Assembly: GCA_001003605.1 (NCBI GenBank)
Contig: LCPL01000001.1
Coordinates: 7,976 to 71,975, forward strand
Direction: 5' to 3'
Length of the DNA: 64,000 nt
DNA from: Parcubacteria group bacterium GW2011_GWC2_48_17
GTDB lineage: Bacteria > Patescibacteriota > Minisyncoccia > Phycocordibacterales > UBA10002
Shown here: positions 9,248 to 19,139 of the stretch, piece after piece
Layout of the letters: every line of letters starts with the position of its first letter
How positions within the stretch are numbered: the stretch's first letter is position 1
Position numbers and translations under genes: made by a program
Notes under the pieces: generated by a model
What the model was told of the DNA's origin: nothing
Database searches by the model: none
What the model saw: only the letters and a program-made list of their open reading frames with translations

Positions 9248-10213
9248 ATGGAAACACTTTTATCTTTGTACGGCGTCGTAGGTTTGGTATACGGCATATA
9301 TAAAGTGACGCAGTGGGGGCACGGAATAAGTCCAGACCTTGGAGAGAATTCATCGCGAGTACTTTCTTGGTTCATGTTATTAGTATGGGTGCTTCCTCTT
9401 GCGATTATTCTCTGGCCTTTGATTCCTTTGTGGGAGCGTTGGGAGAGAGAGGAACCAGTAAGAATCTTGAAGGGCAAGATAATAGACGAATGGGTACAAA
9501 AAAGAACAGACGAACAGATTGGCGAATATCGGCAAAAGAAACAGAAGGAACAGCAAGGGATTGACGCTGAAGTAGAGAGGCGTTTCCGTGAATTTCGAGA
9601 TATGTTAACGAGCTTTGGAACTAGAGAAAGTAGAGGGAATCTCATGCGAGCAATAAGGGAAGACTCAACTGGATGGACCACTCGAAATAAAGAAAGAATA
9701 AGAAACGAAATTGAAGAAGAAAAGCTACACCTTCCAGGTTGGCAGAAACCAGACGAGCATATCGAGAACCTTGACCATCTTTTGATGCCAGCTTCACCGC
9801 AGGAACAAAAAAGAATTGACGCTGAAAAAAGGGTTGATACTTTGATTGACGCTTCCGAAAAGAAGGGTACTGGAAATAAGAAGACTGCGTTATTGCTACT
9901 CAACAATAATAGAGCTGCAGTTAATGAATATATTGAAGAAACGATTTTAAGTATAACAGGGCTAGGTACGGTAAACGGCAGTATGCTTAATGATAAATTT
10001 TTTAAATCTAAGGAAGCAATTGGTACGCTGCACGGCAGCATACTTGCCCGTGAATGTTTTAAAATTATAATCAAAAAGGAAAAAATAGAACTGGGAAATA
10101 ACATTGATGATCCACGAAATTATCCACCAGAGTACAGGGAGCTTTTGGATATAGTTAGGAGTTATGTTGCTATGTTTCTGAATATCTTGGAAATGAAAAA
10201 TAGAATAAAATAA
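9248..10213 (+). CDS. Hypothetical protein with two N-terminal TM helices and a coiled-coil
   Basis: Long ORF with hydrophobic N-terminus. Likely start is ATG 9248. Confidence 0.6.
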   Translation: METLLSLYGVVGLVYGIYKVTQWGHGISPDLGENSSRVLSWFMLLVWVLPLAIILWPLIPLWERWEREEPVRILKGKIIDEWVQKRTDEQIGEYRQKKQKEQQGIDAEVERRFREFRDMLTSFGTRESRGNLMRAIREDSTGWTTRNKERIRNEIEEEKLHLPGWQKPDEHIENLDHLLMPASPQEQKRIDAEKRVDTLIDASEKKGTGNKKTALLLLNNNRAAVNEYIEETILSITGLGTVNGSMLNDKFFKSKEAIGTLHGSILARECFKIIIKKEKIELGNNIDDPRNYPPEYRELLDIVRSYVAMFLNILEMKNRIK

Positions 10214-10223
10214 TGCTAAAGAT

Positions 10224-10685
10224 ATGGAAAACATAAATATCGCGGACAAAAAACAATGGAACGGGGACCTAATATATTCGTTCGCCTTTATCGTACTCGC
10301 GTGGGTAATAACACTGTATGGAGTTTCTGCTTCATCCCTCTTTGACCCAACTGTTCACCCGTTCATAGTGAGGCCGTATATCAGCCTTCTGTACTTCTTG
10401 TCGGGTCTCGGTTTCCAGGCCGACCCGATATACTTTGCCTCTGCATATGGATTGCCAGCCCTCTTTTCAGTCATTGTTATCTGTCTGTCAGTTCGTGCGG
10501 GGAGGGAAACGCCTACGATAGAAGGAGAAGGAGAGAGAAAGTTCTTCGGGTTTCTCACCAACAACTGGCAAGGGGTTATTCCTCTGCTTCTCATCATCGG
10601 AGCAGTATTAAATATTCTCTTTCTGTGGCATGTTTTTGCCGCGGTGTCTCTCTTTGAGCCGAGCATCTTCCCTGAATTGAATTAG
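10224..10685 (+). CDS. Hypothetical membrane protein
   Basis: 153 aa with several hydrophobic segments; follows the previous gene by 10 nt. Confidence 0.6.
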   Translation: MENINIADKKQWNGDLIYSFAFIVLAWVITLYGVSASSLFDPTVHPFIVRPYISLLYFLSGLGFQADPIYFASAYGLPALFSVIVICLSVRAGRETPTIEGEGERKFFGFLTNNWQGVIPLLLIIGAVLNILFLWHVFAAVSLFEPSIFPELN

Positions 10686-10728
10686 GCAAGCGAACGGGTA
10701 AGCAGTGGGACTTTAGTATAGTTAGACA

Positions 10729-11256
10729 ATGGAATATGTTGAGGACTGTTACCATATCACGCCGTGTGTCATTGTGAAGGGAATGGATGAGAAACGGGCG
10801 GATATAAGTTTTTGGACAGAACGCGAGAATGGCGGGTTATTCCTATTCGCTGCTGCGCCCAATTGTGAGGCACAAAGGATCGAATTAGAGGAATTCTTCT
10901 CGCCAATCATAGACAGGACCTACTTCCGATGCGAATGCGGCCGACGCGCCTTTAAGCTCTATTTGCCTCCTCATAAGACCTTGTTCAAGTGTCGCACCTG
11001 TTACAAGCTCCGATATATCCTCACGACATTCAACCCGAATACAGAGCATGGACGGGCTCGATATCAGTTCATACGAATGGAAAAATTATCACAGCAGAGA
11101 ATGGAGATAAGTAAACCGATGTATAAAGGTCGCTATACGACACGTTTCCTACGATTTCTCCGCCTCTGTGGGCGTGCGGGGCTGAGCGATGTAGTGGACG
11201 ATGCCAGAAAACTCATGGAAACTATCCACGCACCCGTGCCAACCTCAACCATTTAG
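10729..11256 (+). CDS. Zinc-finger protein of mobile-element type
   Basis: YFRCECGRRAFKLY...FKCRTCYKLRY four-Cys motif. Confidence 0.65.
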   Translation: MEYVEDCYHITPCVIVKGMDEKRADISFWTERENGGLFLFAAAPNCEAQRIELEEFFSPIIDRTYFRCECGRRAFKLYLPPHKTLFKCRTCYKLRYILTTFNPNTEHGRARYQFIRMEKLSQQRMEISKPMYKGRYTTRFLRFLRLCGRAGLSDVVDDARKLMETIHAPVPTSTI

Positions 11257-11377
11257 ACAAGTTCAGGATATTTTGACGCACAGATACTTCTTCGAATTCA
11301 TGATCCTCCCGATTTATCGAGTGGAAGCTCAGAACTTCAGCGCGGTTTCTTCCCTGAGACTATCCACAGAATCTGTT

Positions 11378-11406
11378 TTGTTGACATTCTGAAAAGGTGA
11401 TATAAT
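11378..11406 (+). promoter_or_regulatory. Sigma70-type promoter with extended -10
   Basis: TGA-TATAAT (TGn extended -10) at 11398-11406, with ttgttgaca upstream. Confidence 0.6.
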
Positions 11407-11706
11407 TTCTTGCAGAATAATAAAGTTTCCTTATTGGAGATGGGGAAACAGGCAACCCGTCAGTGTTCCGATACTGATAAATACCCTAGGGGGGCATGTG
11501 GAACTCATCAGAGTTCCATCATCTCCAAAAATGTGGGACCTGAACTTATAATTCAGAGTTCACATGCGCCCTTAGGGTATTTTGTTTGGTCGGATTGTCT
11601 CTGTGAGTTTCTTTAAAGGAATTTACAGGGGCAATCAGCCCTTAGGCGGAATCCTAGTTACCCGTCGCATCGTCATTATCAGGATTCTTGTAATTAAATT
11701 TCGCCT

Positions 11707-11835
11707 ATGACAATACGAATCGGAAGAAGCGCACGAACTGGTAAATTCACCAGCGTAGCACGGGCAATAGCTCGTCCAAATACGCATGTAGTGGAAACAG
11801 TGTACATTCCTCCTAAACGCAAAAAGCACTGCTAA
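11707..11835 (+). CDS. 42-aa small basic protein (GRxARTGxF...P.T.VVE type)
   Basis: Manual translation MTIRIGRSARTGKFTSVARAIARPNTHVVETVYIPPKRKKHC*; below the ORF-track cutoff. Confidence 0.65.
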   Translation: MTIRIGRSARTGKFTSVARAIARPNTHVVETVYIPPKRKKHC

Positions 11836-12009
11836 CATAGCAATGCTTTAGCGTTAAAAAGAAAAACAGAGAGCCGCCTTATACTAGGTTGGTGGTTTTC
11901 TGTTGCTAGGATTATACCTCTTTAACAAGGAGGCCGCATTATATTACTTGTGGATAATTGAGAGTTAGGTTAGCCCAAGAGGCTGAAATATGGTAGATTC
12001 TTTAGCACT

Positions 12010-13485
12010 ATGGCGACACTACAATTTAAGGGGAAGTCGGCGGTATGGAATCACCATCTCTCGGTGCCGTATCACACGCTTGAGGAGAATAAGAAGCAGT
12101 CCCTTAAAGGCAAGGACAGCGACGAGAACTTAATCATTGAAGGCGATAATCTTCTCGCGCTCAAAGCACTCCTGCCGAAATATCAGGGGCGGGTGAAGTG
12201 TATCTATATTGACCCGCCGTACAACACGGGTAACGAGAACTGGGTCTATAACGATAATGTGAACAGCCCGACGATGCAGGAGTGGGTAGGCAAAGCCGTT
12301 GCCAAAGACGATCTCACACGGCACGACAAGTGGCTGTGCATGATGACTCCTCGCTTGAAACTCCTGAAGGAACTACTTCGGGAGGATGGGGGGATTTTTA
12401 TTAGCATCGATTACAACGAGGAGTCGCGGTTACGATTGCTGATGGACGAGATTTTCGATGAGGGGAACTATCGAAATACATTTGTCGTGTCGCGTGTAAA
12501 GAAGAACATCCAAGAGACAGAAAAAGTAAAAGCTGTAAACTTCGGGTACAACTCCGTTGTTTTCTATGCACGGACAGATTCTTGCCTTATCAATCCGCCA
12601 AAGCGGCCACATAGAAAAGAAGAGCGGTGGCATGCCTTTGATGCACCTGGCATACGCTCAACGATGGAATTTGAGATTTTCGGTGCAAAGCCTCCTCAAG
12701 GGAGACACTGGATGTATTCGAAGGATCTCGTAGATAAAATGATTAAGGAAGGAACGGTGAGGAAAAACCCAAAGACGGGAAGTATTCAGTATTTACTTGC
12801 CGCTTCTGATTTCACCCTACTTGATACAAACTGGACCGACATCCAGGAATCAGATTCCCAGTGGGACTTCCTGAACGGAGAGAAAAATGTAGAACTCATT
12901 AAGCGAATTATTAAGATGCTTGACGAACCAGGCGCTATAATTCTCGACTCATTTGCTGGCTCAGGCACTACCGCTCATGCCGTTCTTGATCTTAATCGGG
13001 GAGGCGGTGACAGAAAGTTTATTCTCGTAGAAATGGAAAGTTACGCCAATGAAAAAACGGCGGGACGGGTCAGAAAAGTAATAAAGGATAGTGCCGACAA
13101 ATCTGGCTTCACCTACTACACCCTCGGTCCAGCGATAGACGCGGAGAATCTTTTGAGCGGTAAGCTCCCGACTTACAAGGAATTCGCCAAGTATGTCTAC
13201 TACCTCGCCACGGGCAAGAATCACCCGAACGAAGCGAAGATAAAGGAGAGCGACTCACTCGTAGGAAAGGCAGAGCACGAATCAATCTATCTTCTCTACG
13301 AGAAAGACAAGAAGAAGCTCAAGACGCTCGCTATAACCCTTGATTGGGCGCAGAAAGTCCACGAAAAGAACTCGGGCAGGAAGATTGTCTATGCTCCTGC
13401 CTGTTACCTCGACGACGAGGCATTGGAGCAGTACAACATCAAGTTTGTCAGTATTCCCTATAATCTCTTTGAGCGAAATGTGTAA
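12010..13485 (+). CDS. mod: Type III restriction-modification DNA methyltransferase (Mod)
   Basis: NLIIEGDNL, IYIDPPYNTG, HDKWLCMM and LDSFAGSGTTAHAV motifs. Confidence 0.93.
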   Translation: MATLQFKGKSAVWNHHLSVPYHTLEENKKQSLKGKDSDENLIIEGDNLLALKALLPKYQGRVKCIYIDPPYNTGNENWVYNDNVNSPTMQEWVGKAVAKDDLTRHDKWLCMMTPRLKLLKELLREDGGIFISIDYNEESRLRLLMDEIFDEGNYRNTFVVSRVKKNIQETEKVKAVNFGYNSVVFYARTDSCLINPPKRPHRKEERWHAFDAPGIRSTMEFEIFGAKPPQGRHWMYSKDLVDKMIKEGTVRKNPKTGSIQYLLAASDFTLLDTNWTDIQESDSQWDFLNGEKNVELIKRIIKMLDEPGAIILDSFAGSGTTAHAVLDLNRGGGDRKFILVEMESYANEKTAGRVRKVIKDSADKSGFTYYTLGPAIDAENLLSGKLPTYKEFAKYVYYLATGKNHPNEAKIKESDSLVGKAEHESIYLLYEKDKKKLKTLAITLDWAQKVHEKNSGRKIVYAPACYLDDEALEQYNIKFVSIPYNLFERNV

Positions 13486-13490
13486 CCTCT

Positions 13491-15989
13491 ATGCTGAAGG
13501 ACTATCAAAAAAAGGTGGTGAAGGAGATAGAACGCTTCTTTAACCACTTGGACAGCGCACGACAGAAGTTTGAGGTTATGGGGGCCGATATGCAGTCAAC
13601 TGTCCAGTCGCTTGGCGGCTTTCTCGCACTCACTAACGAATACAAGGGGTATGTTGACCGCCCCCAGACAGGCATCGGCGCTTCCTATCCTCGCGTCTGC
13701 ATCAAGATGCCAACAGGTGGCGGAAAAACCCTAATTGCAATTGAGACCATTCGCGCGTATCAAAACCTCTTCGCCAAGAGCAAGACGGGGCTGGTAGTAT
13801 GGATAACACACCGCGACCAGATATATCGGCAGACCATAGAGAATCTACAGAATAAAGGGCATGTCTATCGGCAGTTGCTGGACCAAGCAAGCGGCAATCG
13901 GACGCTTATCATCGAAAAGGGCCAGGCGCTACGCAAACAGGATGTGGACGAGAACCTCGTCGTGCTTATGCTGATGATTCAGTCCGCGAGAAAGGACACC
14001 AACAAGATATTTGAGGACAGTGGCGGCTATACCGATTTCTTTCCGCCCGAAAACCGCTATGACCTCCACAAAGAGTTGCTTGGTGTCATTCCGAATCTTG
14101 ATAGGACAGTTGATACTGATACGCTCTATGAGCGTGCGCAGATTAAGACCAGTTTGGGAAATGTGATTCGTTCGTTGAACCCGCTCGTTATCATGGATGA
14201 GCTCCACACGATGTTCACCGATACGGCCAAAGAGACACTCGATGGGCTGAATCCCTCGGTGGTTATCGGACTATCGGCCACTCCACGGCAAGGTATGAAT
14301 ATTCTCTCTGAAGTGTCGGGACGGGATCTCAAGGTAGCGGACATGATTAAACTTGATATGCATCTCATTCCGCCTGTACAGAAAGATGACTGGCGTTCTA
14401 TGCTCATAGCCGTCAAGGCAAAGCGCGATGCGCTTGAGAACAGCGCGACTAAACTTGAGCGCAATAAAGGCGTATATATTCGCCCCATCGCGCTGATACA
14501 GGTTGAACGGACGGGTAAGGACCAGCGCGGACAGAAACATTTCGTACATAGTGAAGATGTTCGAGAGTTTCTCACTGCGTCTGGTGTCCCTAAACATACC
14601 ATCGCAGTGAAATCCAGTTCTCTTGATGAGATTAAACAGCAGAAACTTCTTTCCAAGGAGAGCGAGATTCGATATATCATCACGAAAGAGGCACTCAAGG
14701 AGGGGTGGGACTGTTCATTCGCGTATATCCTCGGAGTGATACCGAATGCAAAGAGCGACTCTTCAATGACTCAACTTGTGGGGCGCGTTCTGCGACAGCC
14801 CTATGCGAAAAAGACGGGAGTAGCCGAGCTTGACGAGAGCTATGTATTTTTCAGGAGCGGTAATGTAAAAGAGGTACTTGAAAAGATACAGGCGGGGTTT
14901 GATGATGAAGGACTCGGCGATCTGAAACTGGGTATAGCGGTACGCGACCACAGTGGTAAGACGCTTAACCCGACGCGAAATGTTGGCATCAGGAAAGAGA
15001 TTAAAGAGCAGTACCCCGAATCGCTCTTTCTTCCTATGTGGCTTGTGAAGCAGGGCAAGGGACTGTACCGCAAGTTTTCGTATGATACAGATATACGCCC
15101 ACGCCTTTCGTGGGATGTTCAGAAGGAGACAAAGCAGTGGCTCAAGGAGCTTATCCCGACGATTGGAAAGCCGCGGAGGGGACCGAAGGAGAGAATAATC
15201 ACTCTGAATAAAGAGGCGAGAATAGGGGGATCGGTTAAGGACAGAGGGTCCGTGAAGTTTGATGAACTCTATATCACTCGGCGATTCTCGGAAACCATTG
15301 AAAATGCGTTTATAGCTCATGAGATAGCCGAGGGTATTGTCTCCAAGCTCAGTGTCCAATTTTCAGCAGAGGTGCTCGATACGGATTCGGGATATATTGC
15401 TCGGGAGATTGAGCGGCACTTATTGGAGTTTAGGAAGAAACAGGAGCAAGGCATTTTTGAGAACCTCGTAAAGAGCGATTCGCTTGAACTCGTTGTCTCT
15501 GATGATGCCGAATCAGGATTCTCTATGCCCGACAAAGATAGCGTTGCAGGGAATATCCCTCCTGTCTATACGCTTAATCTGTACGAAGCGATTGAGCCCG
15601 ATTCTATGAATACGCTTGAGCAGGAAGTGGCGGACATCATTGAGGAGAGCCATAATGTGGTCTGGTGGGCTCGGAATAAGCCACAGAAGGGGTGGTATGC
15701 GGTCCAGGGGTGGCAGAGGGACAAGATACGGCCTGACTTTGTTATAGCCCGTAAGAACGATAAAGGAGAGCTTGAATTTGTTTATGTGGTAGAGAGTAAG
15801 GGTGAGCACCTTGCGGGAAATGAGGATACGAAATACAAGACTGCCGTATTCGAGAAGATGAACACGATGCGCAGGAGTGTGCAGAAAACACAGGTGCGGA
15901 CGACGACCGTAAAGCTCAATGACCAGTTTAAGTTTGAGGTGATTCCCGAAGGAAAGGAGGAAATTCAGTTAAAGAAGGAACTCAATTAG
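13491..15989 (+). CDS. res: Type III restriction endonuclease (Res)
   Basis: KMPTGGGKT, DELH, LKEGWD and QLVGRVLR helicase motifs; C-terminal PDF...ESKG nuclease motif; adjacent to mod. Confidence 0.9.
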   Translation: MLKDYQKKVVKEIERFFNHLDSARQKFEVMGADMQSTVQSLGGFLALTNEYKGYVDRPQTGIGASYPRVCIKMPTGGGKTLIAIETIRAYQNLFAKSKTGLVVWITHRDQIYRQTIENLQNKGHVYRQLLDQASGNRTLIIEKGQALRKQDVDENLVVLMLMIQSARKDTNKIFEDSGGYTDFFPPENRYDLHKELLGVIPNLDRTVDTDTLYERAQIKTSLGNVIRSLNPLVIMDELHTMFTDTAKETLDGLNPSVVIGLSATPRQGMNILSEVSGRDLKVADMIKLDMHLIPPVQKDDWRSMLIAVKAKRDALENSATKLERNKGVYIRPIALIQVERTGKDQRGQKHFVHSEDVREFLTASGVPKHTIAVKSSSLDEIKQQKLLSKESEIRYIITKEALKEGWDCSFAYILGVIPNAKSDSSMTQLVGRVLRQPYAKKTGVAELDESYVFFRSGNVKEVLEKIQAGFDDEGLGDLKLGIAVRDHSGKTLNPTRNVGIRKEIKEQYPESLFLPMWLVKQGKGLYRKFSYDTDIRPRLSWDVQKETKQWLKELIPTIGKPRRGPKERIITLNKEARIGGSVKDRGSVKFDELYITRRFSETIENAFIAHEIAEGIVSKLSVQFSAEVLDTDSGYIAREIERHLLEFRKKQEQGIFENLVKSDSLELVVSDDAESGFSMPDKDSVAGNIPPVYTLNLYEAIEPDSMNTLEQEVADIIEESHNVVWWARNKPQKGWYAVQGWQRDKIRPDFVIARKNDKGELEFVYVVESKGEHLAGNEDTKYKTAVFEKMNTMRRSVQKTQVRTTTVKLNDQFKFEVIPEGKEEIQLKKELN

Positions 15990-16004
15990 CATATCGTCGG
16001 GCCA

Positions 16005-16850
16005 ATGAACAAATGTAAAGATTTAATAGTCAGACTGGGGAAAGCATTCTCCAGAGTTCCTATTGTCTACCACAACTGGAGATGCAGACACCACAGATGT
16101 GTTCGATGTAACCTCCCCTTTTTAGTAAAGGGAGGGGACCACTATCGCATTGATGCGGGCTACTTTTTTCTTGGGAAAAACTTCGAAAGGAACTGCGAGC
16201 GTGCTCAGCTAATAAATCGTAGAGACAGTTCTGTAGATATGTGCGAATTGAGTGATGCTCACACCCTTCTTGTTGGTATTATCGGGAGCATGCTTGAGGA
16301 ACATAACGGGAGGCGGGTACCTGTCGAAGATGAAAATATAAGGCGTAAGTTTGTTCTGACGGCTGCCTTTGTTCAGGGAATATTTCTGTGCGAACAAAGC
16401 ATTTTGCGGAGCATGTATCTTCAGGCAGGAGCCTTAATAAGACAGGAATTTGAAACCCTAGTTTTGCTGAATGAGATTAAGGCGGGCAGGCGAAAGGATG
16501 GGAAGGTAGGAAACGCAAAGCATGCGCCATGGAAGAGCAGCCGTCACTATGGAGAACTCAGTGCGTTTGCGCATCTGTCTAATCACCAAATTCTTGATTC
16601 GATAATCGGATACAACACTACATGGGGAGACTTTGCGGCGACAACTCCTCGATATCAAAAGGAGAATGCTAAAAGAATTTACTGTTGGCACATTTCCCTA
16701 GTTCTAGGAATTGTGGAAGAGCTTGCTGCTCTATATGTTGAAATGTACGCCTATAAACCTAGTGAGCGAGAAACAGATGCTAAGAATATTGCATTCAGCA
16801 TCTTGGTAAAATACAAGGTCTTCAAAGAGCCACGTGATAAGAGTAGATGA
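16005..16850 (+). CDS. Hypothetical helical protein, DUF5677/HEPN-like
   Basis: ALIRQEFE and YGELSAFAH motifs. The true start may be downstream. Confidence 0.45.
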   Translation: MNKCKDLIVRLGKAFSRVPIVYHNWRCRHHRCVRCNLPFLVKGGDHYRIDAGYFFLGKNFERNCERAQLINRRDSSVDMCELSDAHTLLVGIIGSMLEEHNGRRVPVEDENIRRKFVLTAAFVQGIFLCEQSILRSMYLQAGALIRQEFETLVLLNEIKAGRRKDGKVGNAKHAPWKSSRHYGELSAFAHLSNHQILDSIIGYNTTWGDFAATTPRYQKENAKRIYCWHISLVLGIVEELAALYVEMYAYKPSERETDAKNIAFSILVKYKVFKEPRDKSR

Positions 16851-16894
16851 AGTAGATCACTGTATCTGGGTTTTCTTGGTATACTTGGCAGACT

Positions 16895-17815
16895 ATGCCA
16901 CCGAGTCTAAACAAGAATTCACCACTGATGCGTTTGATTGAGGGAATTATCTCCTCTTTCAGCCGCCTCCTTCGGTCAAGAAGTAAGGCGCAAACTGTAA
17001 TTGCGCCCTCAAGAGGTCCCTTACCTCATTTGGAGAAGCCGACAGTAGAACCCTCTCCCATTGGACCCGTTATTCAAGAGACTGTAATGGCGCCTGTAGT
17101 GCAGGAGATTCCTAAGGTGGAATCGTCTTCAGCAGGTTTTTTGCGGTGTCCGATAAAGATTGAAGGTCAGGCACTGACACCCTTTACAGTTCGCATCAGT
17201 GCTATCCTTGATCACTCGGGTACAGCCATTGACCCGACCAGCGATAAGAAGTGGGGAAGAAGCGCGAAGGATCAAAAGGTGAAAGCTTTCAATGGAGAAG
17301 TTGGAGAGGGTCCACAATGCCCTCAAGAGCCGTGTGGTTACTCGATGAGGGATTCCGATGAATTTTTCAAGAACAGGGAGATTAATTATGTAGGAGTTTT
17401 ATCCGATGGCGGGAAGTGTACTCTCCAATATGACGGGCATGCGGGTTATGATTTTCCATATCCTGTCCTCACTGCAGTTGTTGCGCCTGCCAGTGGCGAG
17501 CTGTACAAAGCCGCTCAAGGAACCGATTCAATTTACAGCGCACACTGGGGTAAGGACCATTCTTTCTACATAAAGCACGATAACGGTTTCGTAACATGGT
17601 TTCGACACTGTGAGAAGCTGATAGATAGTATAGAAGCAATCATCGGCTCGGACTTTACGAAGTCCTATCGCGTAGAAGGTGGAGCCTCTGTTGCCTACAG
17701 TGGCAATTTTGAGAATGGAAAATCAGGAGGAACCCCCGCGCATCTGCATTTTGAAGTGCGGGATAAGGATTGGAAAATCGTGGACCCTTACCAGACCAAA
17801 TTGTGGAGGGATTAA
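16895..17815 (+). CDS. M23-family metallopeptidase
   Basis: YDGHAGYDF (HxxxD) and AHLHFEV (HxH) zinc motifs. Confidence 0.85.
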   Translation: MPPSLNKNSPLMRLIEGIISSFSRLLRSRSKAQTVIAPSRGPLPHLEKPTVEPSPIGPVIQETVMAPVVQEIPKVESSSAGFLRCPIKIEGQALTPFTVRISAILDHSGTAIDPTSDKKWGRSAKDQKVKAFNGEVGEGPQCPQEPCGYSMRDSDEFFKNREINYVGVLSDGGKCTLQYDGHAGYDFPYPVLTAVVAPASGELYKAAQGTDSIYSAHWGKDHSFYIKHDNGFVTWFRHCEKLIDSIEAIIGSDFTKSYRVEGGASVAYSGNFENGKSGGTPAHLHFEVRDKDWKIVDPYQTKLWRD

Positions 17816-17825
17816 GGAGAACACC

Positions 17826-18638
17826 ATGTCCAGCATTTCTGCATCTTATAGCGGCCCTCGAGAAATCAAGTACCTATTTGTTGACGGTGGCTGTTTTCGC
17901 CAGACGCTTGAAACATTGTCGAAACGATATTTCGGCGTTCCAATAGATATTGATTACCAAAAACTTGCGGGAGAGTTCACGAAGGTTTTTTACTATGATG
18001 CACTTCCTGTGAAGGAGGAGGAAGAAGTAGACGCCGCATACGAATTACGAATCAGGACACAAGATGGGCTACTGAATCATATTCGCTCTTTCGATAAATA
18101 TCATGTCTATGAGGGCGATGCTCGCCGCCGTCCCAAGCGGGGTCTGGAGCAAAAAAAGGTGGATGTGATGATTGCGGTGGATATGCTGACGCACTCCGTG
18201 CGTCGCAACATGCACAAAGCGACTCTGCTCACGGGAGATCTTGATTTTAAGCCGCTTATTGACGCATTAGTTCAGGAGGGTATGTTTGTCACTCTCTGGT
18301 ATCCCAAGGAGGCGACGAATCCAGAACTAATAACCGCGGCGGATGGCCGTAGGGTATTTGACATCCGCTCAGCATACGAAAATGCAACTGATGACTTTCG
18401 AAACCGATTTCGTCTCCCGTTTGCTTCATCTGGTCCTAAAGGTGTAGGGAAAGCAAAATTGGAACAAACATGGTGGGACAAGACGAGAGGCCCCATTGAA
18501 CTCTATCGAGATGATGATGGTTATCTTGTGGTCTTTGTTGAGGGGGTAAACCCAGGGTATTATCTTCATTTTCGGCATCACGGTATGGATTTACTCAAGA
18601 TGTATATGCGTGAATACTACGACATCTCGATGCCCTAA
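17826..18638 (+). CDS. NYN/LabA (PIN-like) nuclease domain protein with C-terminal extension
   Basis: LFVDGG, FYYD, QKKVDVMIAVD and LTGDLDFKP motifs. Confidence 0.85.
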   Translation: MSSISASYSGPREIKYLFVDGGCFRQTLETLSKRYFGVPIDIDYQKLAGEFTKVFYYDALPVKEEEEVDAAYELRIRTQDGLLNHIRSFDKYHVYEGDARRRPKRGLEQKKVDVMIAVDMLTHSVRRNMHKATLLTGDLDFKPLIDALVQEGMFVTLWYPKEATNPELITAADGRRVFDIRSAYENATDDFRNRFRLPFASSGPKGVGKAKLEQTWWDKTRGPIELYRDDDGYLVVFVEGVNPGYYLHFRHHGMDLLKMYMREYYDISMP

Positions 18639-18640
18639 AT

Positions 18641-18817
18641 ATGAAAAGGAGGTCTCAGAAAATCAAGATGATTTTCATTGATCCTCCTCCGCCGAAAACG
18701 GAAGACGAAAGAAGGGACAGAGAGCGGAGGATTGAGCAGGCTTTTGACATCTTATTTAATGTTGTACTTAGGAGATATCCCAAATCTCAGAGTCGCTTCG
18801 GTAAATCCTCAGACTAG
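18641..18817 (+). CDS. 58-aa small protein at the island end
   Basis: Manual translation MKRRSQKIKMIFIDPPPPKTEDERRDRERRIEQAFDILFNVVLRRYPKSQSRFGKSSD*; starts 2 nt after the NYN stop. Confidence 0.5.
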   Translation: MKRRSQKIKMIFIDPPPPKTEDERRDRERRIEQAFDILFNVVLRRYPKSQSRFGKSSD

Positions 18818-18971
18818 GGCTAGAAGCTGTCGTACATGAGTAAGGACCATCGCAGGATCTGCTACTGCCTTCTTCCAGTCATAGGTTCGGAACGCGTCCC
18901 GCCAAGCGAGCCAGTTAGTATGAAGCCCAAAATTTGAAAATCCGGTTTTCATGATACAATTGAATTTCATT

Positions 18972-19112
18972 TAGGACTTACGCACTTTATCATCTTTCGG
19001 TGTCATTCCACTGAAAAAGGGAATCCATGTTATGCAGTATAGCTCTGGATTCCCGCCTCTGCGGGAATGATGAGGAGAAAATGCGAGAGCAAGCTAAAGT
19101 GCGTAAGTCCTA
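18972..19112. mobile_element. MITE-like element with 18-bp terminal inverted repeats
   Basis: taggacttacgcacttta ... taaagtgcgtaagtccta (perfect, TA at both ends), enclosing gtcattcc/ggaatcca/tggattccc/gggaatga palindromes. Confidence 0.8.
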
Positions 19113-19139
19113 TCATTATTACTTACATATTAAAGAACT

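Larger units (their letters stand above)
1..18900. mobile_element. Integrative element / defence island (recombinase + primase-helicase + anti-restriction + defence cargo); left end outside the window, right end approximate
   Basis: Co-located recombinase, replication gene, ArdC-like genes, GmrSD and type III R-M, with no housekeeping genes. The periodic intergenic repeats typical of the rest of the window are absent here. Confidence 0.75.

Noticed and set aside
9211-10104. 297-aa minus-strand ORF and the many other overlapping antisense ORFs in the track
   Set aside because: They are shadows of longer or motif-bearing genes on the opposite strand, with Ser/Phe/Leu-biased composition.
18876-18904. 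tRNA 3' fragment or att site (gtcataggttcg...cccgcca) at the island edge
   Set aside because: The T-stem does not pair and no cloverleaf can be built; the partner att site would be outside the window, so it cannot be supported.
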